From contig NC_043007.1 in the NCBI RefSeq assembly GCF_006345805.1, forward strand, positions 35,092,001-35,156,000: a stretch of DNA of 64,000 bases, read 5' to 3'. A program made the position numbers and the translations under genes. Positions within the stretch are counted from its first letter, which is position 1, and each line of letters begins with the position of its first letter. Positions 51,386-63,905 of this stretch are shown one piece after another. The DNA comes from Octopus sinensis. Lineage: Eukaryota. The notes beneath the pieces were generated by a model, which saw only the letters and a list, made by a program, of their open reading frames with translations, did no database searches and had not been told where the DNA came from.

Positions 51386-52083
51386 TGATGAATGATGAAT
51401 AGACAGATAAATAGACAGGCAGGCAGGCAGGAAGACAGACAGACAGACAGATATACCTCCTCCTTTGTAGTGCCTTTGAAGTGTTTTCATTCGGTTTGTA
51501 TAGTCCTTTGTAGTAATTTTTGCAGTATTTTCTGTTTGGAACGCATCTTCCTTTGATGTCAAATGTTATAAATTCTTTCTTTTAATGACATTAAATCCAT
51601 CCAAGATGTAGCTACAAGAAATCAATATTCTATCAAAATAACATTCACAACGCAGAATCTTTTCTATCACGTCTTAATTTCATCATTATTATTTGAATTC
51701 AGTTAATGGCGTTCATTTTTCTTCCAAATATTGATTTTTAAATATTTTTTTTGTTTGTGCTCCTCTTCTTTTGTTTTTTGGTTTTTATTTTCGGAAATTT
51801 AATTGCTTACAAAGAACTCAGAATTCCATTTGTTTGTCTGTTTGTTTGCCTTTTGTAATAGAAGTAGTAAAATTATTTAATTTCATTCTTTAATGTTTCT
51901 TCTATATTAAGGCAGTGCTACATCTTTACTTAATCAGTGTCGAAACTCAGGTACTTGACCTGGCGAGTCAAATAAACGGAAGCCTCTTCCTAAGTACGAT
52001 CACTGAGCTAGAAACAGAAGCTAAATTGCCTCAAATAATGTCTTATTCGCTACAAGAATAGGAAGAACATATTGAACAGAATT

Positions 52084-52514
52084 GGGATCTTTTCGGTTTG
52101 AACGGCAGTTTTTAACATAATTTCTAGGTAACTAAAAAATTTTAAACTTCGTATACTGGTAGAATGTGTTTATAAAACATCTTTTTCTCTTGGCTTTATT
52201 GAGAAAATTCTATAGTTTGTAAGATATTTGTTTTTTTTTCTTCAATTTCTGCAATTTCAACCAATCAATTATGTCTATTGAGGTAAAATCATTCTGTGCC
52301 GTATGAATATGTCCCTCGTTTAAGAAACAGATTGGGTTTATTTACATTTCTGAAGAAAAAAAGATACCCTTCCCTCCACCCTAACCCTAACCCTAATTAA
52401 CCTTAACTCTAAAACAGATTGAAATGCAATTGATCGATACTAGGGTCATAACTATGGGTGACAATTTCATATGACACCGCTAGAAAAAACTGCCGTTCAA
52501 ACCGAAAAGATCCC
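52084..52514. mobile_element. MITE with ~29-bp TIRs and internal (CCCTAA)n
   Basis: gggatcttttcggtttgaacggcagttttt / aaaaactgccgttcaaaccgaaaagatccc; flanks agaatt / agcatt. Confidence 0.9.
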
Positions 52515-52723
52515 AGCATTGTCCTAGACGAGTATATCATTGAAAATTATTTGTTGATGATAAATTCTTAATCATTACCGAACAGTTGACCTTGCAAGCC
52601 AATAAACGGCAGTTTTTTTCTTGGTACGCTCGGACTGCAAAGAATAGAAACCAAATTACCTCAAATCGTGTCTTAGTGACTACAAAAGCAATAAAAATGC
52701 ATTTGATATCATTGTCCTAGACA

Positions 52724-53127
52724 TAGGCGTAGGAGTGGCTGTGTGGTAAGTAGCTTGCTTGCCAACCACATGGTTCCGGGTTCAGTCCCACTGCGTGGTA
52801 CCTTGGGCAAGTGTCTTCTACTATAGCCCCGGGCCTACCAAAGCCTTGTGAGTGGATTTGATAGACGGAAACTGAAAGAAGCCCGTCGTATATATGTATG
52901 TGTATATATATATGTATGTGTGTGTTTGTGTTTGTCCCCCCCAACATCGCTTGACAACCGATGCTGGTGTATTTACGTCCCCGTAACTTAACGGTTCGGC
53001 AAAGAGACCGATAGAATAAGTACTAGACTTACAAAGAATAAGTCCTGGGGTCGATTTGCTCGACTAAAGGTGGTGATCCAGCATGGCCACAGTCAAATGA
53101 CTGAAACATATAAAAGGGTAAAGAGTA
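52724..53127 (+). mobile_element. SINE family A, full length
   Basis: Family match. Confidence 0.92.
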
Positions 53128-53948
53128 TACATAGCCTAGAAAATTATGGGAAGGCCACAATTCCTTAATCAGTACAAATTCTTGGCCTGCGTGAGCTTCT
53201 AAACGAGAGCTTTTTTCTAGGTACACTCGGTGTGTTAGGAACTGAAGCCTAATCACCTCGAATCATATCTCACTATCTTTCAAAAAAGGAAGAACACATA
53301 GGATAGCATTGACATAGATACATATATCCTGAAAAAACTGGGATTGCCACGCCTGTACTTAGCCTGGTTCAATAAATAAACGGCAGTAGTTGTCGGGGTA
53401 ATCCCAGATTATTAGAAATAGAAACCAAATTATTTCAAAACAAAACGGAAGAACATATTGGATAGTATTGCCCTAGATACACATATCCTTGAAAATTATG
53501 AGATACAATTACTTAATTAATACCGAACCCTTATAATTGATCATGGTGAGCCAATAAACAGGAGCCTTTTTCTGAGTATGCTGAACCTGTTGGAAGTCGA
53601 AGCCATTTTGTCTCAAATCATATCCTACTCTTCACAAAAAAAAAAGGTAAGAACATTTTGGAAGATATTATTTTAGTTAATTTAGAAAATTAAGGGATGG
53701 CCACAATTCGGGAGCATTTCATTGTCAAACGTTTATTTAATTAGAGGTGATATGGTGCCAAACAGCACCACCACCACCACCATCAACAATAACAACAATA
53801 ACAACAGCAATACGGTATTTATCTCACGCCAAAGTATGAAGATCTTGCCCATGAGATGCGTCAACTTTCACATCACACATGCCCATCTACACCAACACAC
53901 ACAAGTACACACACACACAAACACACACGCACACACACACACACACAC

Positions 53949-53979
<31 letters not shown>

Positions 53980-54016
53980 ATATATATAATATATATATAT
54001 CTATATATCTTATATA

Positions 54017-54379
54017 TCTTTATATATAAAAGTGAGGTTGTGTGTCTGTCTCCTACGATTTAGATTCCTAACTACTCCCACATTTTGCGGTGCAGTTTAA
54101 CCAAAAGGGGTATCTTATAGTCGTGATTCATATCGAGCCCTTCTGGGTATTAGCGCGCGTCTACGATGAGTCTACGATTTAAAAAATAATTTACCATCAT
54201 TTTTTCCATTTTAATGCATTGTTTTCGCTATTATATAAGGGAAGTAACTCTCTAAAAATGTCTACGATGAGTCAACGATTTAAAAAAATTTACCATCATT
54301 TTTTTGCTATAACCCTCTAAAAAATGCTTATATAGTTATTTCCCTTACAAAACCGAGCAACGCCGGGCGATACTGCTAG
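54017..54379 (+). mobile_element. Non-autonomous Helitron
   Basis: a|TCtttatatataaaag 5' end, subterminal ccgagcaacgccggg hairpin, CTAG|t 3' end, internal direct repeat. Confidence 0.85.
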
Positions 54380-54422
<43 letters not shown>

Positions 54423-54869
54423 TGTAAAATGCTATAATCATAAACAGGTCAAATTTTAACCATTTCTCCGCAGACTGAAAATAAATTATGAAATAATATA
54501 CAAATCTACTATTCTAATTTATTCACCATTAACTATAAATATTTTATCTTATAAAGAAGGTACCGTTCGCTATATAGACACAAACGTAATTCCTCCCCAA
54601 ATGAACAGTCTTAATCATCCGCTGACTGGGGAAAAAAACATGATGAACAATCTTGATCATCAGAGGCGTCTACATCATTCTGACAGCCTCCAGAGAAGCA
54701 AGCAGCCGAACTGATTATATATTCAACAAATGCAGCAGTTACTCTATAGAGGACTCCCTAATTTGCATACCAAAAGTGTTTACCATTCTATAAATACCAG
54801 CGGCCAGTCAACGGGGATCTTAGTCCACACAGTGTCAAGGTATGATATAATGTATATATAACATAAGCC

Positions 54870-54990
54870 CCGTGGAGCTTTTAGGTGTTTTCGCTCAATA
54901 AACACTCACAACGCCCGGTCTGGGAATCGAAACCGCGATCCTACGACCGCGAGCCCGCTGCCCTTAACCACTGGGCCATTGCGCCTCCAC
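54870..54990 (-). mobile_element. OR-type SINE head only
   Basis: Matches 39810-39929. Confidence 0.88.
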
Positions 54991-55038
54991 GTGAGTATTG
55001 TAGACCAAGATAAACTGTATGACAAACAAAACAGTATG

Positions 55039-55443
55039 AAGGCAGCTAGCTGGCAGAAACGTTAACACCCCGGGCGAAATGCCTAACGGTATTTCGTCTG
55101 CCGTTACGTTCTGAGTTCAAATTCCGCCGAGGTCGACTTTGCCTTTCATCATTTCGGGGTCGATTAAATAAGTACCAGTTACGCATTGGGGTCGATATAA
55201 TCGACTTAATCCGTTCGTCCTCTCTGTGTTTAGCCCCTTGTGGGTAGTAAAGAAATAAGTATTTCGTCTGCCGCTACGTTCTCAGTTCAAATTCCGCCGA
55301 GGTCGACTTTGCTTTTCATCTTTTCGGGGTCGATAAATTAAGTACCAGTTACGCACTGGGGTCGATGTAATCGACTTAATCTCTTTGTCTGTCCTTGTTT
55401 GTTCCCTCTATGTTTAGCCCTCTGTGGGCAATAAAGAAATAAG
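55039..55443 (+). mobile_element. Nin-domain SINE (family B) dimer with TSD
   Basis: One head plus two body units; TSD aaacaaaacagtatg. Confidence 0.9.
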
Positions 55444-56198
55444 AAACAAAACAGTATGGTCACAAATGGAACGCCTCTGTTTACATAGGTTTCTTCGTTC
55501 AGGACATAGCAGGGATTATACCTTAAAAAAAACAAGCAATAAATGTATGTCGGCAAGAGGTTTCAATCTCCTACACTCTTCCCATGGTGATTTGCCACAG
55601 GAAAGACAATTGAAGTTGCTAAGTTTTCCACTGTACTGTATTTATCTAGGCAATATAATAAATTGCTAGACGTCGGCAACAGCAGCAACGGCTGCAGCAG
55701 CAGCAACGGCAACGGCAGCAGCAGCAGCAACGATATCAACTGCAGTAGCTGTAGTCGTAGTAACAGCATCAATAACAGAAGTGACAATTATCAGTTAATT
55801 CGGTCTGACATTTTAAACAGAGTCAATACAAGTAAGGAATGTGATTACGTCTTCAATGAAGATTTATCGTGGACAGACAGAATTTAATTAAAAGGTCAAA
55901 AATGGTTTATAGAATCGATTGCAAAGGTTCCCAACCGACGCAGGAAATAAGAATTCGACTCGTTTGTTTATTTGCTTTTCTTTTTCTTTCTTCCTTTTTT
56001 TTTTTTTTTTTTTGTCATTCGTCTTTTTGGTTTTATCTCCTACGAGAACGATCATAAAGGCTTACAAAATATCTGCTAAAGACTGCTTAAATTGTTTACT
56101 ATTCCTAAGCTCGAAGAAACTTAAAAATCGTTGAGTTCCCTACCACATGGGTTGTGGGCTCAGTCACACTGTGTGGCACCTTCGGCAAGTGTCTTTTA

Positions 56199-56763
56199 TT
56201 GGGTTGTCCGGAAAGTTCGTGCCGATTTTTAAAGGAAAGAAAAAGGTAAATAAATACTTGCCATTACATTTTTAATCAACCAGATATGAACCATTTTGTT
56301 GCACAATGCGTCTCCATCTTTCCTTCAACTTGAAAATACCCTCTTCCCAGAATTATGGTGGTTTCATGGCAAAGAATTCATCAAGGTATCTTTTTACGTC
56401 ATCCAAGGAATTGAAATTTTTACCATTAAGACTATTCTGCAGAGACCTGAATAAGTGAAAATCTGAAGGAGCAATATCTGGTGAGTATGGAGGGTGAGGT
56501 AACACATCCCAGCCAAACTGCAGTAATTTTTGTCTGGTTCCCAAATCATCAAGTGCCGAAAATGAACTTTCTTATCTTCCATTTTAAAGGGTTACAGAAT
56601 AACACAGGTTATAGGAACATAAACCTTCTTCCACGAAAAGATAGCTTAAACTGTGCTGTAAACGGAAGTGTAGTCAAATCCTATTTTATGGACTCAACCA
56701 TGTTGTAAAATAAGTCGAAATGTAAGCTATTATTAATCGGCACGAACTTTCCGGACAACCCAA
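56199..56763 (-). mobile_element. Internally deleted mariner inserted in an old SINE A
   Basis: TIRs ttgggttgtccggaaagttcgtgccgatt, TA duplication; MEDKKVHFRHLM N-terminus abuts WDVLPHPPYSPDIAPSDFHLF C-terminus. Confidence 0.95.
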
Positions 56764-57779
56764 TACTATAGCCCGGGCCGACCAAAGCCTTGTCAGTGGC
56801 TTTGGCAGTGCGAGTGGCTTTCGTTAAATATTTAAAACGCCTATATAGTCGCGAGCAGATATATACACCCTCTCAGCACATCCTGGACGTGACAGCTGCA
56901 GGGGGAAAGAGCTACAACAGCACCCGACTTGTCAACATACACCCGAAATAAGGTACGTAGCTCAAGGAAACAACATGTCGCCTGGTCCAGAAATTAAACC
57001 TTCTCTCTTATGATCTTAAACCGGACACCCTAACCACTGGGCTACACGCTACACCACTTCACAGTATTTCTTTCTTTTTTTATATATATATCATACATAA
57101 ATTGTGGTTGCCATAATAACCACTTAATGCTATGTTTTTGTTTTTGTTTTTGTTCGTTTCATAATATATTTATATATATTCATGCCTTCAATGAATTAAG
57201 TCTGCCAATTTGAGTTTTTGCACACAAAATGCTAGAGCTGTATTCTCTTGCGACTTACTCTCTTTACACTTAAATAATAAATTATGGGTGAGAGTGACAA
57301 ATGTATGTAGTTAGGCAAAACAAGTGACCTCAACATTAAAACAGAATAATGTATGACGCTCGGTTGCTGTATTTTGAGACTTGTGGCAGTTTTTGGTTCT
57401 GTTTTAACCGTACTATAAATTAACTTGTATAATATGCGAAAACCAATACAATATTTGGTACACTCCATACCGATATCGTTAAGAGTGAAATGCTTTTAGC
57501 TATCAAGCTAGTGTAAGGTGTTTAAGCCAGAAGCATTTTTCGCAATGCTTTTTGTGCTAATAAATAAACGAATAGATAAATTAATTTATTGACGTAAACG
57601 GTACAACTTCCTAAATTTTCTTATAAGGATTTGAATATAAATAAGATTACGTAGGTTAGGTTCACACGTAACAAATATAACACACACTTATTTTCTCAAA
57701 GACTGAAAACACACACAACACACACACACACACACACACACAACACACACACATATACATACATACATACATACACACA

Positions 57780-57945
57780 TATATATGATGGGCTTCTTTC
57801 AGTTTCCGTCTACCAAATCCACTCACAAGGCTTTGGTCGACCCGAGGTTATAGTAGAAGACACTTGGCCAAGGTGCCACGCAGTGGGACTGAACCTGGAA
57901 CCATGCGGTTGGTAAACAAGCTACATACCACACAGCCACTCCTAC
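57780..57945 (-). mobile_element. SINE family A, 5' half
   Basis: Family match. Confidence 0.88.
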
Positions 57946-58054
57946 AGATATGAATACACATAATATATATTATATTAACACGCACCCAAGGACGCACACA
58001 CACTCATACACACACACACATGATGTACTCTCCCGTCGAAGACGACGCATGAGA

Positions 58055-58100
<46 letters not shown>

Positions 58101-58105
<5 letters not shown>

Positions 58106-58345
58106 TTTGATCACTTTGACTGACCAGTCCGTCAGACGTCCATTTGACACCGCTGGTCACAGCACGCTGTCCACTCCTCTCTGGATCGCGCCTTTCTCAT
58201 CCACATGATCCCAATCGTCCTCTTGAAATCGTCACTCCACCGTCGTGGAGGTCTTCCGGGTGGTCTTTTCCGCTTACGCGGGTACCACTCGACAACTGCG
58301 TGCGTCCACCGATTATCGGTGAGCCGGGCGACGTGTCCAGCCCAT
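58101..58345 (-). mobile_element. RTE-X-like LINE 3' end
   Basis: RWAGHVARLTDNRWTHAVVEWYPRKRKRPPGRPPRRWSDD..WMRKARSREEW; tail (caaagtgat)x2. Confidence 0.9.
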
Positions 58346-58361
58346 CTATCTATATATATAT

Positions 58362-58559
58362 AGTTAATCCAACCATGAACAAAGAGAAAGCACAACACGA
58401 GGACGTGGAACAAGTATAGTGTTATTGGACGCTCAGGAAAGTAAAGAAAGAAGGAGGATGTAACGTTTCGAGCGGAGCTCTTCGTCAGAAACATAGAAAA
58501 AGGAAAGGTCCAAGGAAGGGAAGACAGAGAAAGAAAATCGCCAACGATGCACACGCGGT

Positions 58560-58563
<4 letters not shown>
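58362..58563 (-). mobile_element. HHR element family H1, copy 4
   Basis: Family match. Confidence 0.85.
58458..58492 (-). ncRNA. Minimal hammerhead motif (H1), canonical CUGACGA core
   Basis: revcomp GTTT CTGACGA A GAGC tcc GCTC GAAACGTT ACAT; stem I partly disrupted. Confidence 0.65.
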
Positions 58564-58600
<37 letters not shown>

Positions 58601-58685
58601 CTATATATATATACACACACATCTATATATATATATATATATATATAAGTATATATACTCTATAGATATATATATATATTATATG

Positions 58686-58725
<40 letters not shown>

Positions 58726-58990
58726 TGTATATCTATATATATATCTATACACATATAGTGTATATATGTATATATATATATATACATATATGTATAATAT
58801 ATATATATATAGTATATATATAATATATATATATATATATGGAAGGTAATAAAAAATAAATTTCACCTTTGATGCAAACCCACAAATTTTATAAAGAGTG
58901 CAATTAATTATATTAACTCTAGTAGGTGGATCATAAATACGTTATTGATTATATTGATCTTAGTAAATGAATCGTAATTGGTAATCACAT

Positions 58991-59237
58991 GTGGAGGCAC
59001 GTGGCTTAATGGTTAGTGTGCTAGTACCATGATCGTAAGATTGTGGTTTCGATTCCTGGACCGGGCGACGCGTTGTGTTCTTGAGCAAAACACTTCATTT
59101 AACGTTGCTCCCGTCCACTCAGCTGACAAAACTGAGTAACGCTGCGATGGACTGGCGTCCCGTCCAGCTGGGGAATGCATACACCATTGAAACCGAGAAA
59201 CCGGGCCCATGAGCCTGGCTAGGCTTTAAAAGGGCAC
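58991..59237 (+). mobile_element. SINE with a different tRNA head, CORE-like centre and tail type A
   Basis: Head and centre resemble 23468; tail as at 2400-2510; TSD aattggtaatcacat at 58976 and 59659. Confidence 0.85.
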
Positions 59238-59648
59238 TCTCTTTACTCTTTTACTTGTTTCAGTCATTTGACTGCGGCCATGCTGGAGCACCGCCTTAAA
59301 TCGAGAAACTCGACCCCGGGACTTATTCTTTTGTAAGCCCAGTACTTATTCTATCGGTCTCTTTTGCCGAACCGCTAAGAAACGGGGACATAAACATACC
59401 AGCATCGGTTGTCAAGCAATGCTAGGGAGACAATCACAGACACACAAACACACACACGCATATATATATATATATATATAAATATACATATATACGACGG
59501 GCTTCTTTCAGTTTCCGTCTATCAAATCCACTTACAAGGCTTTGGTCGGCCCGAGGCTATAGCAGAAGACACTTGCCTAAGGTGCCACGCAGTGGGACTG
59601 AACCCGGAACCATGTGGTTGGTAAATAAGCTACTTACCACACAGCCAT
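59238..59648 (-). mobile_element. SINE family A, tail-to-tail with the previous SINE
   Basis: Family match. Confidence 0.92.
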
Positions 59649-59927
59649 TATTTTTTTTAATTGGTAATCACATCATTGAGTATTTTGTCCTCCGTATTCA
59701 TACATAACCACGTGGTTCAATAGAGACAAAAGAGAAGATAAATTTGAACCCAACGGGAATGTGAACATATTGAAACACATCGTAAATAACCCAAGGTATT
59801 TAGTTTGACGTTTGTATCAATGTTGCAATCCACCTACTTGAAGAGAATTAATTTCTTACAAAGACTAAGGCCTCGAATTTTAGCGATAAGATGTAGTGGA
59901 TTGCATCAAGTGGTATTTTATTTTATA

Positions 59928-60507
59928 AGGCGGCGAGCTGGCAGAAACGTTAGCACGCCAGGCGAAATGCTTAGCGGTATTTCATCTGCCGTTACGTTCT
60001 GAGTTCAAATTCCGCCGAGGTCGACTTTGCCTTTCACCCTTTCGGGGTCGATAAATTAAGTACCAGTTACTCACTAGGGTCGATGTAATCGACTTAATGC
60101 CTATGTCTGCCCTTGTTTGCCCGCTCTGTGTTTAGCCCCTTGTGGGTAGTAAAGAAATAGGTATTTCGTCTGCCGTTACGTTCTGAGTTCAAATTCCGCC
60201 GAGGTCGACTTTGCTTTCACCCTTTCGGGGTCGATAAATTAAGTACTAGTTACGCACTGGGGTCGATATAATCGACTTCATCCGTCTGTCTGTCCTTGTT
60301 TGTCTCCTCTGTGTTTATCCCCTTGTGAGTAGTAAAGAAATAGGTACTTCGTCTGCCGCTACGTTCTGAGTTCAAATTCCGCCGAGGTCGACTTTTCCTT
60401 TCATCCTTTCGGGGTCGATAAATAGAGTACCAGTAATCGACTTAATCCCTTTGTCTGTCCTTGTTTGTCCTCTCTGAGTTTAGCCCCTTGTGGGTAGTAA
60501 AGAAATA
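59928..60507 (+). mobile_element. Nin-domain SINE (family B) trimer with TSD
   Basis: Units start at ~59976, 60160, 60343; TSD ggtattttattt. Confidence 0.92.
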
Positions 60508-61178
60508 GGTATTTTATTTCACCAACCCCGGCAAGATTTATGCCTATGTTGATCTTGGCAGGAATTGAACTAATAAAACTAAGGTTAGCAATAAATTTCG
60601 CAAAGAATTACATTTTGTTTCTCGTTCTACCGACTTTACCAAACTACAAGCCTGAAGATAATTAAAATTGAAAACTAATTGTAATTAATTCTTTCAGATG
60701 AGTTCTCTTCATTTTATTTTTTTCCAATTCACACCTTACCTGCCAGCCTACTGTTAAACATTAATTACGGAGACTTCTTAATTACATATTCTCACCGGCA
60801 TTACATATCTAATTACAATGGTATGTGGAAACAATTCACACCTCTCACTTGCAGAGTCTTCTTTATATTCTGTCATTTAAACAAACAAAATTTATTGCTT
60901 TTTTTTATTCGCTTTCCATTGTAAGGCCGAAATAAAGCTAAAGTAATAATTTTTAAAAAAATATATGCGGAAAAATTCAAGACAATTGAATCCTGAAACC
61001 TAGTCTTCGGTGACCTGACAGTGCTTCAATAATTTTTCTCTCAGACGAAATAATATGCAAATCTTCAATTCTAATTTATTTACCATTAACTGTAAATATT
61101 TTATCTTATAAAGAAGGTGCAGTTCCTTATATAGACACAAATGTAATTCCTTCCCAAATAAATTGCACTTCATATTCG

Positions 61179-61260
61179 AGGCTCCGATGAAGCTATAATG
61201 TGTTATTCAGACACTCAACAATTAGACCATTGCATTTTATTGCAGAAACAACTGTAAACT
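61179..61260 (+). ncRNA. Degenerate hammerhead motif
   Basis: CCGATGA agctataa..ttattgca GAAACAACTGTA; the upstream ~120 bp is homologous to 54475-54605. Confidence 0.5.
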
Positions 61261-61418
61261 AATGAAGTTCATAAGATAATCATTTATTCCTTTCTCATCT
61301 CTCTTACGGCTCTATACTCGGAAAACACTCCGTTCTGAAATATATGCATATTGAATTATACATCAAGTTATTAGTCTCACTATGCCTAGGATATATATAC
61401 ACACACACACACACACAC

Positions 61419-61476
<58 letters not shown>

Positions 61477-61599
61477 TATATTTAGATTCAGATGAATATG
61501 GTCTTAAGTTGAGACACCAGAATTTAGTACGGTATAGTCCATACAATTTCAAAGTAATGTGATTAAAATCAAAATAAGCAACAAGGATATCCAGAGGTA

Positions 61600-61687
61600 A
61601 TGCAGTACGATCGTTTCATGCAACTCCATTTAATTGACAATGCAATCATTACATCAATTTAAAATGTAGAGCAATTTTCAGCTGTAC
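61600..61687 (-). ncRNA. Degenerate hammerhead motif, long helix II
   Basis: revcomp CAG CTGAAAA ttgc..gcat GAA ACGATCGT A CTG. Confidence 0.55.
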
Positions 61688-61879
61688 AAAGACATACAAT
61701 TTAATTAAATAAGAACAGATGGACACATTAGTATAATTATACCTAAAATCTCCAAGAAGTTAAGGAGATTGACAAAGAACATGTTGTCTCTACTTCAGCA
61801 TAGAAGTTACCAAAGTTATCCAGAAGACTCTGCCTGTCACTGATTTTTTGTCTTTATGGGGTCAGTTTTAATTTATAGA

Positions 61880-62532
61880 CTAGCTTATCAAATCCCTTGT
61901 ATATCTAAGGCTGACAGAAAAGAGGGCAGTATCTGTTAGGTGTAGGGCTGAGAGAGTAGACAAACATTCTAGTTGGTATAGTCATAAAAAGATTTATTAT
62001 AAGCAATATCATGAGGTTTAGTAAGGGAAAACTTAAAACAAGCTGATAATTAAGGGGGTCGCCTACTAGCAGACTATTGGATAAACTAGTCTATAATTTT
62101 TTTTTTTTTTTTTTTGCTTGGACACCGGCTTTTCTTAAAAGGTTTCCCTTTATCTTAAAAAGTAACTTTTAATCGTAAAAATTTATTAATCGATGAACTT
62201 TTATCTATATCTTATGTATTTGTATGTTTTTAAACATACGTATTTTCATATTTTTATATATTTATTATTCTAGGTTTTATAATGTTAGAAAATTTTTTTA
62301 GACGCTGAAGTTTTGATTTAAAAATTTTTTATATTGCGATAGACTGTACTCGCTTTTTTTTATATATATACTTGTCTAAATGAAATATTGTTTCATCTTC
62401 TGTGATTTTGTGTATCAGTATTCTATGTATAAGAAAAAAGCATTATGTTTCTTTATATGAGATTAAATGTTCAAGATGTGATATGTTAAGTGGATGACCT
62501 TAAATTTGTTATAGTTCTACAACCAAAGTTTG

Positions 62533-62570
<38 letters not shown>

Positions 62571-63120
62571 CGGGAAGCTTTATGAAAATAAACAAAAGAC
62601 GAAGGCAGGTGGAATACAAACAAACAATTGTATTAGTATGGCGCTCAGGAATATAAATAAAATAAGTCTTTTACGTTTCGAGCCTACGCTCTTCAACAGA
62701 AAGATACACAGAAAAGAAACACGGAGAGAAACAAGGAAGAAAAAAAATGCGTGCAGAAGCTAGCGAATCAACATGGCGATCATGTATGTATATAAATATA
62801 CATACATACAAACATACACACACACACACACACAACACACACACACAAATAAGTACACTATCTTTATGCTCATCTCCTGTAGATTAACTTCATTCTCATG
62901 TATTAAATTTTGTTTTAGATATACACCACACTAAGTAATGTTTTTAACTGTCAGGTTATAACTTAATTCAAATATAGCCATGCCTTTCCATTGGACATTT
63001 CTGTACAATTTTTGCCTTATGCGATTTATTTGGAGCTAAATTTTTTTATCTCCTTACTCATCGAGGGAACGTCTCTGAAATCTCTTTTACTTATATTTTC
63101 AAATAACCGTTATAGCCTTT
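61880..63120 (+). pseudogene. Very decayed Penelope-like RT / GIY-YIG remnants
   Basis: ISKADRKEGSI (cf. IKPADKGG), GSPTSRL, PAFLKRFPFILKSNF, NVSEISFT (cf. LNKRSE), in the expected order; weak. Confidence 0.4.
62667..62704 (-). ncRNA. Minimal hammerhead motif (H1-related, core CUGUUGA)
   Basis: revcomp TCTTT CTGTTGA A GAGC gtag GCTC GAAACGTA AAAGA, inside a ~210-bp insert (62570-62780) in (TA)n. Confidence 0.65.
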
Positions 63121-63246
63121 AGTTACAGTTAAAACCTTACTGGACTCACATATCTCTTTTTCTCATAAGGATAAATATGAATCTCCTAGATTCTATTCTG
63201 CTATTACCTTCCTCAAGTTCTTTGTAAAAAATTTGTTTATACTTCT

Positions 63247-63350
63247 TGGACTGAAGTGTACATTGATATATAATTAATTTATTTAATTTAATTCAATTCA
63301 ATCATAAATTTGAATTATTGTTATATCTCTGTATGAAACGATCGTCTGCA
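63247..63350 (+). ncRNA. Degenerate hammerhead motif, long helix II
   Basis: TGGA CTGAAGT GTACA ttgatatataa..ttatatctc TGTAT GAA ACGATCGT C TGCA. Confidence 0.55.
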
Positions 63351-63450
63351 TGAATTAGAATACTCATATATATTTTAACAACTTCTCTTCTCCGTTTTTA
63401 ACTGAATTGTTGTGCTTTATGGGATTTCTTTCCATAAATTCACAACACAT

Positions 63451-63494
<44 letters not shown>

Positions 63495-63650
63495 AAACAT
63501 CAATCAACTTAAGTAAACGCACTAATTGGTCAGAATACAGTTAGCAAAACATAACATTTTGGAGTCTATACAAATGCATTTAATGCACACATTTTAGCCA
63601 TCTCACTACTGTTGTGAATTGTAAAACATAAGTTTCACCACTACTATATC

Positions 63651-63691
63651 AACCTGAAGATTGCATAGTTTAATGCATGAAAGTACTAGTT
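63651..63691 (+). ncRNA. Compact hammerhead motif, canonical core
   Basis: AAC CTGAAGA T TGCAT agttta ATGCA T GAA AGTACT A GTT; preceded by an NILESIQM GIY-YIG-tail-like remnant. Confidence 0.8.
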
Positions 63692-63852
63692 TAACCGGAT
63701 TGAACATTTGATATTCTATCATTTCATTATATTATATTATATTATACTATATTATTATAAGATTGTAAATAAAACATGAAAATTCAAGTTGGAATTCCTT
63801 TGATTAATATTTTCTTCTCAAAAATCATACACCCCGTGTGTGTGTATATATA

Positions 63853-63905
<53 letters not shown>

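Larger units (their letters stand above)
51950..53710. repeat. Old degenerate tandem array, about 5 units of ~180-200 bp, interrupted by a MITE and a SINE
   Basis: Recurring aataaacgg..agaaatagaaaccaaatt..ggaagaacatattgga..cctagata..gaaaatta at ~51971, 52601, 53200, 53375, 53553. Confidence 0.75.

Noticed and set aside
60652-60682. CTGAAGA taatt aaaatt GAAAA
   Set aside because: AT-only stem, no stem I or helix III; likely chance
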